A DNA stretch of 64,000 nt from Vicinamibacteria bacterium (GTDB lineage Bacteria > Acidobacteriota > Vicinamibacteria > Fen-336), in NCBI GenBank assembly GCA_041493035.1, contig JBGPYB010000003.1, forward strand, positions 1,208 to 65,207, given 5' to 3'. Numbering within the stretch: position 1 is the stretch's first letter; every line of letters begins with the position of its first letter. The notes below the pieces were generated by a model. That model searched no databases. It worked only from the letters and a program-made list of their open reading frames with translations, and was not told the DNA's origin. Shown here in pieces: positions 51,905 through 60,584 of the stretch. Position numbers and translations under genes: made by a program.

Positions 51905-52828
51905 TCAGGGCACCCAGGGGCAGCCGACCGCGACCCTACGACGCGCCGCAGAGGCACTGACACCGCGATCGTTGTCGGGAGGCCGGTTTCCCGGAGGCCG
52001 GAGCCGCATCATGTGAATGGCAAAGGCCTCGGCGCGGCTGAAGTCGGAGAACTGGGCGATCGTGGCCGGCGACATCAAGCCTCGCTGAGACGGATGCCCC
52101 AGACCGAGGATGTGGCCCATCTCGTGGGCTGCAAGGGACAGGGCGCTGGCCTCCGGCCGCCCACGGTAGGTCGTGGAGCCCGAGGTGATGCGGTTCCCCG
52201 GGAAGGTGACGCGGGTGATGGCACCGTAGGAGGGGTTCGCGGCCAGAAAGGCGTCCGCCGGATCGATGCGCACATCGACCTTGATCCCGCCTGTGGGCGC
52301 GGCGTCGGCAACGACGAAGGGGACGGCACCATCGGTCGCGGCCGTGGCGACGGCGGCCGCTTGTTCCTGAGCCGCACGCGCCGCCGAGTCGGCGCGAACG
52401 TCCGCCGACAGGACCACGGTAACGCCCGCGACAGGTCGCGTGACCGACCCGTCGGAGACGAGCTGGTTGTAGACCAACTCGTTCACGAACGTCTCTCCGG
52501 CGTCGGCACGGATGGGCCAGAGCTGAAAGACGGGGTCGCCGCGCCAGAGGGTCTCGCGCGGGAAGAAGCCACGGCCATCGATTGCGATGGGCGATCCGGT
52601 CGTTACCGAAAGAGTGGCACGGCCACCGGCGTCCGTCGTGACACTCTGGCCGCCCACGGACACCGACGCTCCGGCGGCGGCGGCGGCGGTGTCCCCCGAC
52701 ACCACCGTGACGACCGTCGGCACAGACGATGCCGACGGAGAGGCCGGCCCGGCTCCCCCGCAGGCGCCCGCAAGAATTGCAAGCACGGGGACGGTCCACC
52801 CCGGAGCGCACCGCCAAGTCGTCGCCAT
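51905..52828 (-). CDS. secreted/lipoprotein zinc metalloprotease (metzincin-type HExxHxxGxxH)
   Basis: Signal peptide + LAGACGG lipobox-like. HEMGHILGLGH zinc-binding motif. Confidence 0.7.
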   Translation of the reverse strand: MATTWRCAPGWTVPVLAILAGACGGAGPASPSASSVPTVVTVVSGDTAAAAAGASVSVGGQSVTTDAGGRATLSVTTGSPIAIDGRGFFPRETLWRGDPVFQLWPIRADAGETFVNELVYNQLVSDGSVTRPVAGVTVVLSADVRADSAARAAQEQAAAVATAATDGAVPFVVADAAPTGGIKVDVRIDPADAFLAANPSYGAITRVTFPGNRITSGSTTYRGRPEASALSLAAHEMGHILGLGHPSQRGLMSPATIAQFSDFSRAEAFAIHMMRLRPPGNRPPDNDRGVSASAARRRVAVGCPWVP

Positions 52829-52844
52829 CGTCCCACTGATGATT

Positions 52845-54257
52845 CTATTCCGACGACGGAGCAGGGCGTTTCGTCAGGCTGCCCAGGGCGTCGTAGGCGG
52901 CGTACTTGTAGGCCTCGGCCAGGGTGGGATAGTTGAAGACCGACTGGATGAAGTAGTCGAGGGTTCCGCCAAAGTGCAGACAGGCCTGGCCCACGTGGAC
53001 CAGCTCCGACGCCATCTCACCGAGAATGTGGACGCCCAGGACCCTGAGGTCCGACGGAGCGAAGATGAGCTTCACGATCCCCGAGAGGTCCCCGATGATC
53101 TGGCCTCGGCCATTGCCGATGTAGAGCGCGCGACCGACGCCGTAGGCGATCCCCTTCTCGCGGCATGACTCTTCGCTCTCCCCGACCGAGGCGATCTCGG
53201 GGATGGTGTAGACGGCGGTGGGAAGGATGGGCGAGACCCGCGATTTGTACTTCAGGTCGAAGGCGTGGCACATCGCCACCCGCGCCTGCTCCATCGAGGT
53301 CGACGCCAGCGCCGGGAAACCCACGACGTCTCCCGCGGCGTAAATGTGGGGAACCGCGCTCTGGTAGTGGGCGTTCACCGCGAGGTGTCCCCGCGGCCCG
53401 GCGGCGAGGCCGGCCTTCTCCAGGGCGAGCCCGCCCGTGGCCCCCATACGCCCCGTCGCGAAGAGGACGCTCTCTGTCTCCAGGGAACCTCCGCTCTTCA
53501 GCGCCAGGGTGAGTTCTGCGGCGCCACGATCGATCTGCGTGACGGCGTCGCTCAACAGGACGTTCAAGCCCAGAAGCTCCATCTGGAGTCGGAGACGCTC
53601 GGCGATCTCCTGGTCGAGAAACGGAAGAAGACGATCCTGTCCGCCCACCAGAGAGACCTCGAGGCCGAGGGCGCGGAAGATGGTGGCGTACTCACACCCG
53701 ATGACGCCGCCACCCACGACCACCATGGACCGCGGCAGGCGGTCCATGAGCAGGATCGAATCGCTGTCGAAGAGGCGCGGATCACGCGGCGTGTTGTCGG
53801 GCCAGTTGGGATAAGAGCCGGTGGCGACCAGGATTACCGGGGCCGAGAGCCAGCGGTCCCGCTCCCCGGGCGCCGCCACCCGCAACGTGTGCGGGTCCTC
53901 GAACGAAGCCTGGCCGCGGACGACCATGATCCGGTGGCGCTCCAGGTTCGCTCCGATCATCTCTCGCAGGTTCTTGACGACCTCGTCCTTGCGGAACATG
54001 AAGTCGGGAACGGTGATGTCAGTCTTGATGCTGTAGTCGATACCGTAGAGACCGCGTTGCTGAAGGCCGGAGAAATAGAGGGCCGTTTCGCGCAAGGTCT
54101 TGCTCGGAACGGTGCCGGTGTTGACTCCGGCGCCGCCGAGGTGCGGAGCCTTCTCGACGAGGGCGACGCGCTTGCCGAAGTAGGCCGCCTGGGCCGCGCC
54201 CTTCTCGCCGGCGGGGCCGGAGCCGACCACGACGAGATCGTAGGCCTCGGTGGGCAT
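52845..54257 (-). CDS. sthA: soluble pyridine nucleotide transhydrogenase
   Basis: YDLVVVGSGPAGEKGA FAD motif and VVVGGGVIGCEYA NAD motif. SthA-like flavoprotein disulfide-reductase fold lacking the redox-active CxxxxC. 470 aa. Confidence 0.82.
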   Translation of the reverse strand: MPTEAYDLVVVGSGPAGEKGAAQAAYFGKRVALVEKAPHLGGAGVNTGTVPSKTLRETALYFSGLQQRGLYGIDYSIKTDITVPDFMFRKDEVVKNLREMIGANLERHRIMVVRGQASFEDPHTLRVAAPGERDRWLSAPVILVATGSYPNWPDNTPRDPRLFDSDSILLMDRLPRSMVVVGGGVIGCEYATIFRALGLEVSLVGGQDRLLPFLDQEIAERLRLQMELLGLNVLLSDAVTQIDRGAAELTLALKSGGSLETESVLFATGRMGATGGLALEKAGLAAGPRGHLAVNAHYQSAVPHIYAAGDVVGFPALASTSMEQARVAMCHAFDLKYKSRVSPILPTAVYTIPEIASVGESEESCREKGIAYGVGRALYIGNGRGQIIGDLSGIVKLIFAPSDLRVLGVHILGEMASELVHVGQACLHFGGTLDYFIQSVFNYPTLAEAYKYAAYDALGSLTKRPAPSSE

Positions 54258-54263
54258 GTGGGA

Positions 54264-54992
54264 TTACAACACGACGGGAATGCTCCGGTCGAGGCGAATC
54301 CCTTCGGGCTTGACGCTGCAGGCGAAGGCCAGCACCTTCACACCCGCGCGCACGGCGGCGCCGAGGGCCATCGCAAAGGCGGGATCGTTCTCGGCGTGGG
54401 GCGAAAGGCTCCGGGCATCGTCCCGTTGCACGACGAAGACGACGAAAGCTCGTCGGGATTTTCTGGAATGTGCCGTCAGTTCCTCGAGATGCCGCCTGCC
54501 CCTGGCTGTGGGCGCATCGGGAAAGAGGGCTCTCCCGCGCTCCACGAGGGTCGCTGACTTGACCTCCACGAGAGCCGTCTGTCCGCGCCAGGAGATCGCA
54601 AAATCGATGCGACTGCGGCCGTGCCGGACCTCTCGGCCGACGATCCTGGCCCGCGCCAGGCCCCGGACTCCGCCACGGGTGAGCGCCGCCTCGAAGATGC
54701 GGTTCGCCAAGGCTGGGACGACCGAGACCCAGCGCCGGCGGTGGCGGACCAGAACGATGGTATGGGACGTGCTACGTCCGGGGGTGGAGGCTGGCTCCAG
54801 GAGGACAAGGCCTCCTGGTACGAGGAGTTCCCGAAGCCTCCCGGGGTCGCGGCAGGCGGCGCGGATTATTCGGTTTTCGCTGCGAGCGATGACCACAAAG
54901 CGGCTCGGGCGAGAGACGAATGTGGCGGGTTGCAGGGAGTAGAATGGGGCGTCGGGGGACTTCGACATGATCCGCAGGCTTTTCGCCCTCAT
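54264..54992 (-). CDS. sfsA: sugar fermentation stimulation protein homologue (SfsA)
   Basis: ATFVSRPSRFVVIARSENRIIRAACRDPGRLRELL...ALVEVKSATL. Start may be the internal Met at 54968. Confidence 0.78.
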   Translation of the reverse strand: MRAKSLRIMSKSPDAPFYSLQPATFVSRPSRFVVIARSENRIIRAACRDPGRLRELLVPGGLVLLEPASTPGRSTSHTIVLVRHRRRWVSVVPALANRIFEAALTRGGVRGLARARIVGREVRHGRSRIDFAISWRGQTALVEVKSATLVERGRALFPDAPTARGRRHLEELTAHSRKSRRAFVVFVVQRDDARSLSPHAENDPAFAMALGAAVRAGVKVLAFACSVKPEGIRLDRSIPVVL

Positions 54993-55581
54993 CGTCCTCC
55001 TTGCGCTTGCCGCGGGGGGACTCTACTACTGGAAGACTCGCGGCGGGTCGCTCTCAGGGACCCACGGGCTCGAAGTGGTCGGCCGTGATTTGAAAGATAC
55101 GGCTCTCACGGGCGCCGTGAAGACGGCCTTCGAGCTGAACCGGACCCTGAAGCCCCTCACGATCCACGTAAGCACCGAGGACGCCGTCGTCACCCTCAGG
55201 GGGGACGTGCCGCACGACGACGCCAAGGCCGCGGCCGAGCGCGTGGCCTCGTCGGTGCCCGACGTGCGCCAGGTGGTCAATCACCTCCAGGTGACCGGTG
55301 GGCCCGCCGAATCGCCGCGCCCAGAGCGTACGGTGAGCGAGTCCATCGACGATCAGGCTCTCGAGGTGCAAGTGCGGCTGGCTCTGTCGCTGAACCGCGA
55401 GCTGAAGGGCACCGAGATCAAGGTAGAAGCTTACAAACGAGGCGTCACGCTTTCGGGGGAAGTGAACAAGGGGAAGCAGAAGGCCTTGGCCGTGGACATC
55501 GCCCGGGAGACACCCGGTGTGTCAGACGTCACAGAGCGGATCCGGGTCATGGGAGAGCCGGCCAAACCTCGATATAATTGA
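54967..55581 (+). CDS. BON-domain protein (two BON domains, OsmY-like)
   Basis: N-terminal TM/signal. Two repeats of (V..T.EDAVVTLRGDVP...A...A....GV..V.N.L.V). Confidence 0.75.
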   Translation: MIRRLFALIVLLALAAGGLYYWKTRGGSLSGTHGLEVVGRDLKDTALTGAVKTAFELNRTLKPLTIHVSTEDAVVTLRGDVPHDDAKAAAERVASSVPDVRQVVNHLQVTGGPAESPRPERTVSESIDDQALEVQVRLALSLNRELKGTEIKVEAYKRGVTLSGEVNKGKQKALAVDIARETPGVSDVTERIRVMGEPAKPRYN

Positions 55582-55639
55582 GTTTATTGATACTCTTGGG
55601 TCGTCTCCGCAATTTTCGCAGTTCTTGTAAGGAGGAACG

Positions 55640-57292
55640 TTGATGCAACGCAGAACGACAGCATGGGCGCTGGGGGGCCTCCTGGCACTCGCGGGAACCA
55701 CATGGGCCCAAGATGCCCACCACGACTCGGTGAAGCCCGAGGACGTGAAGACCTGGACGGCGACCATCGACGGGAAGGAATACGAAGTCCGCCCCGCGAC
55801 GCCGACCGATGACGGGGACACGGGCCTCTACCGGTTGTCGTCCGCCTATACCCTCCCCAAGGGGAAGGTTTCGGTGAACCTCTTCCGGGACAACTTCGAT
55901 CGGGATCCGAAGGACATCGACTTCTCGGTCCACGGCCTCTCGCTGGGATTCGGAGCCACCGACAAGCTGGAGCTGTTCGGCAGCGCCGGCTTTCAGAACA
56001 GAGTGCGAACCGCTGCTCAAGACCAAGATGGCTTCTTCAACGACCTGCCGGGGGCCGGTGCCGAGCACTGGCAGACGGGTTTCGGCGACATCCGCCTGGG
56101 CGCCAAGTACAAGTTCCTCGATGACTACCGGAGCGATGCCGTCGGCCTTGCCCTCAAAGGGTACGTGAAATTCGGCACGGCCGACGACGCGAAGGGGCTG
56201 GGGACCGGCAAGACGTCCTACGGAGCCGACCTCATCCTGTCGAAGAGCCTGAACCACGACGCCGACATCCACGCGTCTCTTGGGTACGAGATCAACAGCG
56301 ACCCCGACGGCCTCAACATCGGCAACGCGTTCAAGTGGGGGGTGGGCCTCAACATCCCCGCCTGCCGAATCTTCCAGGTCCAGGCCGAGCTGACGGGAAA
56401 GGCATACAACGGCGCCGAGTTCGCCCAGACCAACACGACCGATCTGATCGTCGGACCGGTGATCTGGATCAAGCCGGGCGTCTTCATCCGGCCGGCGTTG
56501 TCGTACGCTTTCGGCTTCGACGGCCGCGGAGCGGGCACCGGCTTCCCCACCCGCAGCGGGCACCTGCTCTCGGTCGGCTTCCACCCGGGGACCCCGTGCC
56601 TCCCGGTGGTCGCGCCGCCTCCGCCTCCGCCTCCGCCGGCCAACCGGCCGCCGACGGTGACCGTCGTCTGCGACACACCCGTGTTGCCCGGCGTCGTCTC
56701 GAAGTGCCATGCGACGGCCTCGGATCCCGACGGCGACCCGCTCACCTACGCCTGGACCGCCAAGGCGGGCAAGATCGTGGGGAACGGCGCCGACGCCAAC
56801 CTCGATACCGCCGGTGTCAACCCGGGCGACTGCATCCCAGTGACCGTCAAGGTCGCAGACGGGCGCAGTGGGACGGCCGAAGCCACCACGAACGTCTGCG
56901 TCAAGGCTCCCGAACGGAAGGCGGAGGCGACGACACTCTGCACCTCGGGCGGCTTCCCGCGGAATCTGGCGCGCCTCAACAATGTGGACAAGGCCTGCCT
57001 GGACGACGTGGCGGCGCGGCTCCGTCAGGACCCCCGCGCGCGAGTCGTCGTGGTCGGTCACGCCGATAGCAAGGAGCGCTACCCCGAGGTGATCGCCCGG
57101 AAGCGTGCCGAAGCGATCAAGACATACCTCGTGACGGAGCGTGGCGTCGACGAATCGCGGATCACCGCGAAGAGCGCCGCCGCGAGCAAGCCCCTGGACA
57201 ACGGAGCGTCGGTCGCCGCCCGCGCCAAGAACCGGCGCGTCGAGGTGATCTTCGTGCCGGATGGCGCTTCGGCTCCGGAGGACGACGACTAA
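55640..57292 (+). CDS. OmpA-family outer-membrane protein (N-terminal beta-barrel, poly-Pro linker, PKD/Big-like domain, C-terminal OmpA peptidoglycan-binding domain)
   Basis: Signal peptide. PPPPPPPP linker. DPDGDPLTYAW motif. C-terminal RVVVVGHADSKERY...NRRVEV OmpA_C signature. Confidence 0.8.
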   Translation: MMQRRTTAWALGGLLALAGTTWAQDAHHDSVKPEDVKTWTATIDGKEYEVRPATPTDDGDTGLYRLSSAYTLPKGKVSVNLFRDNFDRDPKDIDFSVHGLSLGFGATDKLELFGSAGFQNRVRTAAQDQDGFFNDLPGAGAEHWQTGFGDIRLGAKYKFLDDYRSDAVGLALKGYVKFGTADDAKGLGTGKTSYGADLILSKSLNHDADIHASLGYEINSDPDGLNIGNAFKWGVGLNIPACRIFQVQAELTGKAYNGAEFAQTNTTDLIVGPVIWIKPGVFIRPALSYAFGFDGRGAGTGFPTRSGHLLSVGFHPGTPCLPVVAPPPPPPPPANRPPTVTVVCDTPVLPGVVSKCHATASDPDGDPLTYAWTAKAGKIVGNGADANLDTAGVNPGDCIPVTVKVADGRSGTAEATTNVCVKAPERKAEATTLCTSGGFPRNLARLNNVDKACLDDVAARLRQDPRARVVVVGHADSKERYPEVIARKRAEAIKTYLVTERGVDESRITAKSAAASKPLDNGASVAARAKNRRVEVIFVPDGASAPEDDD

Positions 57293-57312
57293 GCTCGCGC
57301 GAGCCGAGTCGT

Positions 57313-57345
57313 CGGTAAAGGGCGCGGCTTCGGCCGCGCCCTTTT
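57313..57345. terminator. bidirectional intrinsic terminator between the convergent ompA-like and fkpA genes
   Basis: GGGCGCGGC-TTCG-GCCGCGCCC, followed on the plus strand by TTTTCTTG. Confidence 0.5.
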
Positions 57346-57353
57346 CTTGTCAC

Positions 57354-58058
57354 TTACTTGATGTCGAGGAGCTCGATCTCGAAAACCAGGGTCGCCGCGG
57401 CGGGGATGGCCGGCGGATGCCCCTGGTCCCCGTAGGCGATGTCCGAGGGGCAGACGAGGCGCGCCTTCTCCCCGACCTTCATCCTCTGGACCCCCTCGGT
57501 CCAGCAAGGAATGACCTCGTTGAGCTTGAACTGGGCCGGCTTGCCGTGCTTCGCGGAGCTGTCGAATTCGGTACCGTCGGTCAAGGTGCCGGCGTAATTC
57601 ACAGTGACCGTGTCGGCGGCTTTGGGACTCGCGCCCTTGCCCGCGGTCAGGCTCCGAAAGACGAGACCCGAGGTCGTCCGGACGGCACCCGCTTCCTTGG
57701 CTGCGTTGTCGGCGAAGGCCTTGAACTTCTCCTTCTGACCCTTCGCGCGATCGGCGATCCGGGCTTGTGCGAACTCCTGGATCTTCGGGCCGTAGGTCTG
57801 CATGTCCACCTGGAGCTTCTTCCCCGAGGCGGCGTCCACGAGGCCGCTCTTGATGGTCTCGATCTCGGTCGGCGAAAAATTGAGCGGCTCGATGTTCCTT
57901 CCAAGCATCACGCCAAGGGCGTAGACGGTCTTCTCCTGCTCATTCATCCCCGCGGCGGCAGGCGCGGTCGGGGACGGCTTCGGCGGCTCTTGAGGCTTGC
58001 AAGCCCCGGATAGGGCGGCGAGTGCGACGACGAGAGCGGCAATGCTGAGTCGCTTCAT
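57354..58058 (-). CDS. fkpA: FKBP-type peptidyl-prolyl cis-trans isomerase (FkpA-like lipoprotein)
   Basis: Lipobox LSGAC. N-terminal dimerisation helix. C-terminal FKBP domain GVQRMKVGEKARLVCPSDIAYGDQG...LVFEIELL. Confidence 0.85.
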   Translation of the reverse strand: MKRLSIAALVVALAALSGACKPQEPPKPSPTAPAAAGMNEQEKTVYALGVMLGRNIEPLNFSPTEIETIKSGLVDAASGKKLQVDMQTYGPKIQEFAQARIADRAKGQKEKFKAFADNAAKEAGAVRTTSGLVFRSLTAGKGASPKAADTVTVNYAGTLTDGTEFDSSAKHGKPAQFKLNEVIPCWTEGVQRMKVGEKARLVCPSDIAYGDQGHPPAIPAAATLVFEIELLDIK

Positions 58059-58102
58059 GGATCCCCTTCTGTCGGAGAGCGGGGCGCCGGAGGCGGCGCC
58101 CG

Positions 58103-58135
58103 GAATACACGAAAAAGCCCGGGGCTCGGTGCCCC
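58103..58135 (-). terminator. intrinsic terminator downstream of the cold-shock gene
   Basis: On the minus strand, GCCCGGGGC-ACCGA-GCCCCGGGC is followed by TTTTTCGTG. Confidence 0.45.
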
Positions 58136-58165
58136 GGGCGCTCGGAGAGTGGTCTTCTCTAGCTG

Positions 58166-58366
58166 TTAGGCAACGGTGACGTTCGCGGCGCGGGGCCCCT
58201 TCGGGCTGTCCACCACCTCGAAACGCACGCGATCACCCTCGTGCAGGGTACGGAACCCCTCGGCGCGAATCTCGGAGTGGTGGACGAAAACGTCAGGACC
58301 ACCCTCACGCGAGAGGAAACCGAAACCCTTGGACTCGTTGAACCACTTGACGGTACCTTCGATCAT
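58166..58366 (-). CDS. cspA: cold-shock protein (CspA family)
   Basis: [15 protein letters not shown]...VFVHHS, RNP1/RNP2 motifs. 66 aa. A 5' UTR of ~180 nt with lower GC lies at 58367-58549. Confidence 0.95.
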   Translation of the reverse strand: MIEGTVKWFNESKGFGFLSREGGPDVFVHHSEIRAEGFRTLHEGDRVRFEVVDSPKGPRAANVTVA

Positions 58367-58549
58367 GAACCGCAGGCCTCCTTGGCCTCAGACTAGAAGC
58401 TTCGTCGACTGCGCGCCCACGAACGAAAGCCGCTCACCATGAGCAAGCCCCCTCCGAACGCCAGAGGAACGGCAACTAGTACTGCAAACGATGGTAACAG
58501 CAAAAGGAAATAGGGGCAAACCTGAAAACGATTCAGGTAAACTGGGGCA

Positions 58550-60505
58550 GTGAAACGACTTGGAAGCCGTTTGCCGCTCTGGGTTGGCTGCCTGCTGGCC
58601 CTCGCGCCTGGAGGCGCCGCCGAGGGGCAGAGCTGGACGGCCGTCGGGCCAACAGGGGGAGACGTGCGGGCCCTCGCCACCGATCCACGGGACGCCCGGG
58701 TCCTCTACCTGGGGACCGCTGACGGCGTGCTCTATCGCTCGGAGGATGCCGGAAGCCGCTGGCGACGGCTAACGCCGGGTTTCCCGCTCAGGGGCAAGAG
58801 CCTCGACAACATCCACGTCGACCCTCGGGGGCGAGTGTTCGTGGGCTACTGGGGAGTCGCGGGGGACGGGGGCGGCGTGGCCCGCAGCCTCGACGAGGGC
58901 CGAACGTTCGCGATCCTGCCCGGCATGGACGGCGAATCCGTACGAGCCCTCGACGAATCGGCCTCGAACCCGGACATCCTCGTGGCCGGAGCCATCAGCG
59001 GCGTCTTCCGGTCCGACGACGGAGGCGATACCTGGCGGCGGATCAGCCCCAAGGGCGATACGGAACTCAGGAACGTGGAGTCGATCGCCATCGATCCGAC
59101 GAGCGCGAACGTCGCGTATGTCGGGACGTGGCATCTCCCCTGGAAGACCGTCGACGGCGGGCGGACATGGCGGGGGGTCCACAACGGGATGATCGACGAT
59201 TCCGACGTCTTCACCATGACCCTCGATAGGCGAGACCCCCACGTCGTCTACGCCACCGCCTGCACGGGCATCTACCGTTCGGGGGACGCTGCGGCTCGCT
59301 GGGCCAAGGCGCAGGGCATCCCTGCCAGCAGCCGGAGAACGCGGGCCTTCGCACAAGACCCCGCCGAGCCCAACACGCTCTACGCCGGCACCACCGAGGG
59401 GCTCTTCATCAGCGGCGACGGAACCTCGACATGGCGCCTCGCGACGGGCAAGGACGTCGTGGTGAATGCGATTGCTCCCCTCCCCCACCAACACGGGGGC
59501 GCCATCCTCCTCGGAACCGACGGCGCCGGCGTTCTCCGCAGCACGGACGGCGGACGAACCTGGAAACCGTCCAACGATGGGTTCGCCGAGCAGGTCTTCT
59601 CCCGCGTCCTCGTCGATCCGGCGGAGCGCCGCGTCGTCGTCGGGGTGGCCGGAGACCGGCGGCATGGCGGCGTTTTGCAAGCCCCGAGGCCCGCCGGCCC
59701 GTGGACACAGGTCGGCGAGGGGCTCGAGGGGCGGGAGATTTTGTCCGTGGCGCTAGACCGCGACGAGATCATCGCCGGGACCGACGACGGCGTCTTCCGT
59801 TCCGTCTCCCACTGCGGTATGTGGCGCCGGCTCGCGACCGTGGTGGACGGCGCCGATGTGCATCCCCACGCCGACGATGTGGCGGCCCTGCCCGGAGGCG
59901 TCTTGCTCGCGGCAACGAGCGGCGGTCTATTGCGAAGCGCCGACGGAGGCCAGAGCTGGCAACGAAAGCCGCTGGGGCTCGCGCGCTCCGTCCTTGCGTT
60001 GGGTGCATCGCCCACGAGCCCGGGCTTCGTTGTCGCGGCGACACCGCTGGGCGCCTTCCTGAGCCGCGACGCGGGAGAGTCCTGGGAGCAGGTCTCAGGG
60101 GCACTGGCCGACGTCGAGATCCATTCCCTCGGCTTTCTGCCGGGGAACGCCGACGTCATCTTTGCCGCGACGGCAACTGGTCTTCTGAAGTCCACCGATC
60201 AAGGGCGGGTCTGGCAGCGGCGCGCCGGAGGCCTCCCCCTCTCGGACATCGCCGGCCTGACTTTCGTGCCCGACGGGCGGACGGTTTATGCGAGCGACTA
60301 CGCACACGGCGGTCTCTATCGGAGCGACGACGCAGGGGACACCTGGCGCCGGTTCCCGACGGCCGGCCTCAGTTCGGAGCGCATCTGGTCGATGGCCGTC
60401 GACCCTTCTGCACCCGAACGGCTCCTGGCTTCGGCCGCCACAGGGGGGCTACACCTTCTTTCCCAATCCCAAGTCCCGGTGGAGGCACCGGGGGGGGCGC
60501 ATTGA
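58550..60505 (+). CDS. secreted BNR/Sortilin-like repeat protein (Ycf48-like propeller)
   Basis: Signal peptide. At least eight repeats of the S-x-D-G-G-x-T-W type (RSEDAGSRW, RSDDGGDTW, TVDGGRTW, STDGGRTW, SADGGQSW, SRDAGESW, STDQGRVW, RSDDAGDTW). Confidence 0.72.
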   Translation: MKRLGSRLPLWVGCLLALAPGGAAEGQSWTAVGPTGGDVRALATDPRDARVLYLGTADGVLYRSEDAGSRWRRLTPGFPLRGKSLDNIHVDPRGRVFVGYWGVAGDGGGVARSLDEGRTFAILPGMDGESVRALDESASNPDILVAGAISGVFRSDDGGDTWRRISPKGDTELRNVESIAIDPTSANVAYVGTWHLPWKTVDGGRTWRGVHNGMIDDSDVFTMTLDRRDPHVVYATACTGIYRSGDAAARWAKAQGIPASSRRTRAFAQDPAEPNTLYAGTTEGLFISGDGTSTWRLATGKDVVVNAIAPLPHQHGGAILLGTDGAGVLRSTDGGRTWKPSNDGFAEQVFSRVLVDPAERRVVVGVAGDRRHGGVLQAPRPAGPWTQVGEGLEGREILSVALDRDEIIAGTDDGVFRSVSHCGMWRRLATVVDGADVHPHADDVAALPGGVLLAATSGGLLRSADGGQSWQRKPLGLARSVLALGASPTSPGFVVAATPLGAFLSRDAGESWEQVSGALADVEIHSLGFLPGNADVIFAATATGLLKSTDQGRVWQRRAGGLPLSDIAGLTFVPDGRTVYASDYAHGGLYRSDDAGDTWRRFPTAGLSSERIWSMAVDPSAPERLLASAATGGLHLLSQSQVPVEAPGGAH

Positions 60506-60584
60506 GCCCGTCCCGTTTGCCACGGAAAAGTCATTTGACTGAGATGGACGATCGGCGTAGCGTCCCATCGCTCTTGCACTCCCC

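Noticed and set aside
56617-56645. Short tandem CCGCCT repeat
   Set aside because: Encodes the PPPPPPPP linker of the OmpA-family protein. Not a CRISPR or VNTR.
58393-58680. 95-aa minus-strand ORF over the csp 5' UTR and BNR gene start
   Set aside because: Overlaps the supported BNR-protein start and the long csp leader. No motif.
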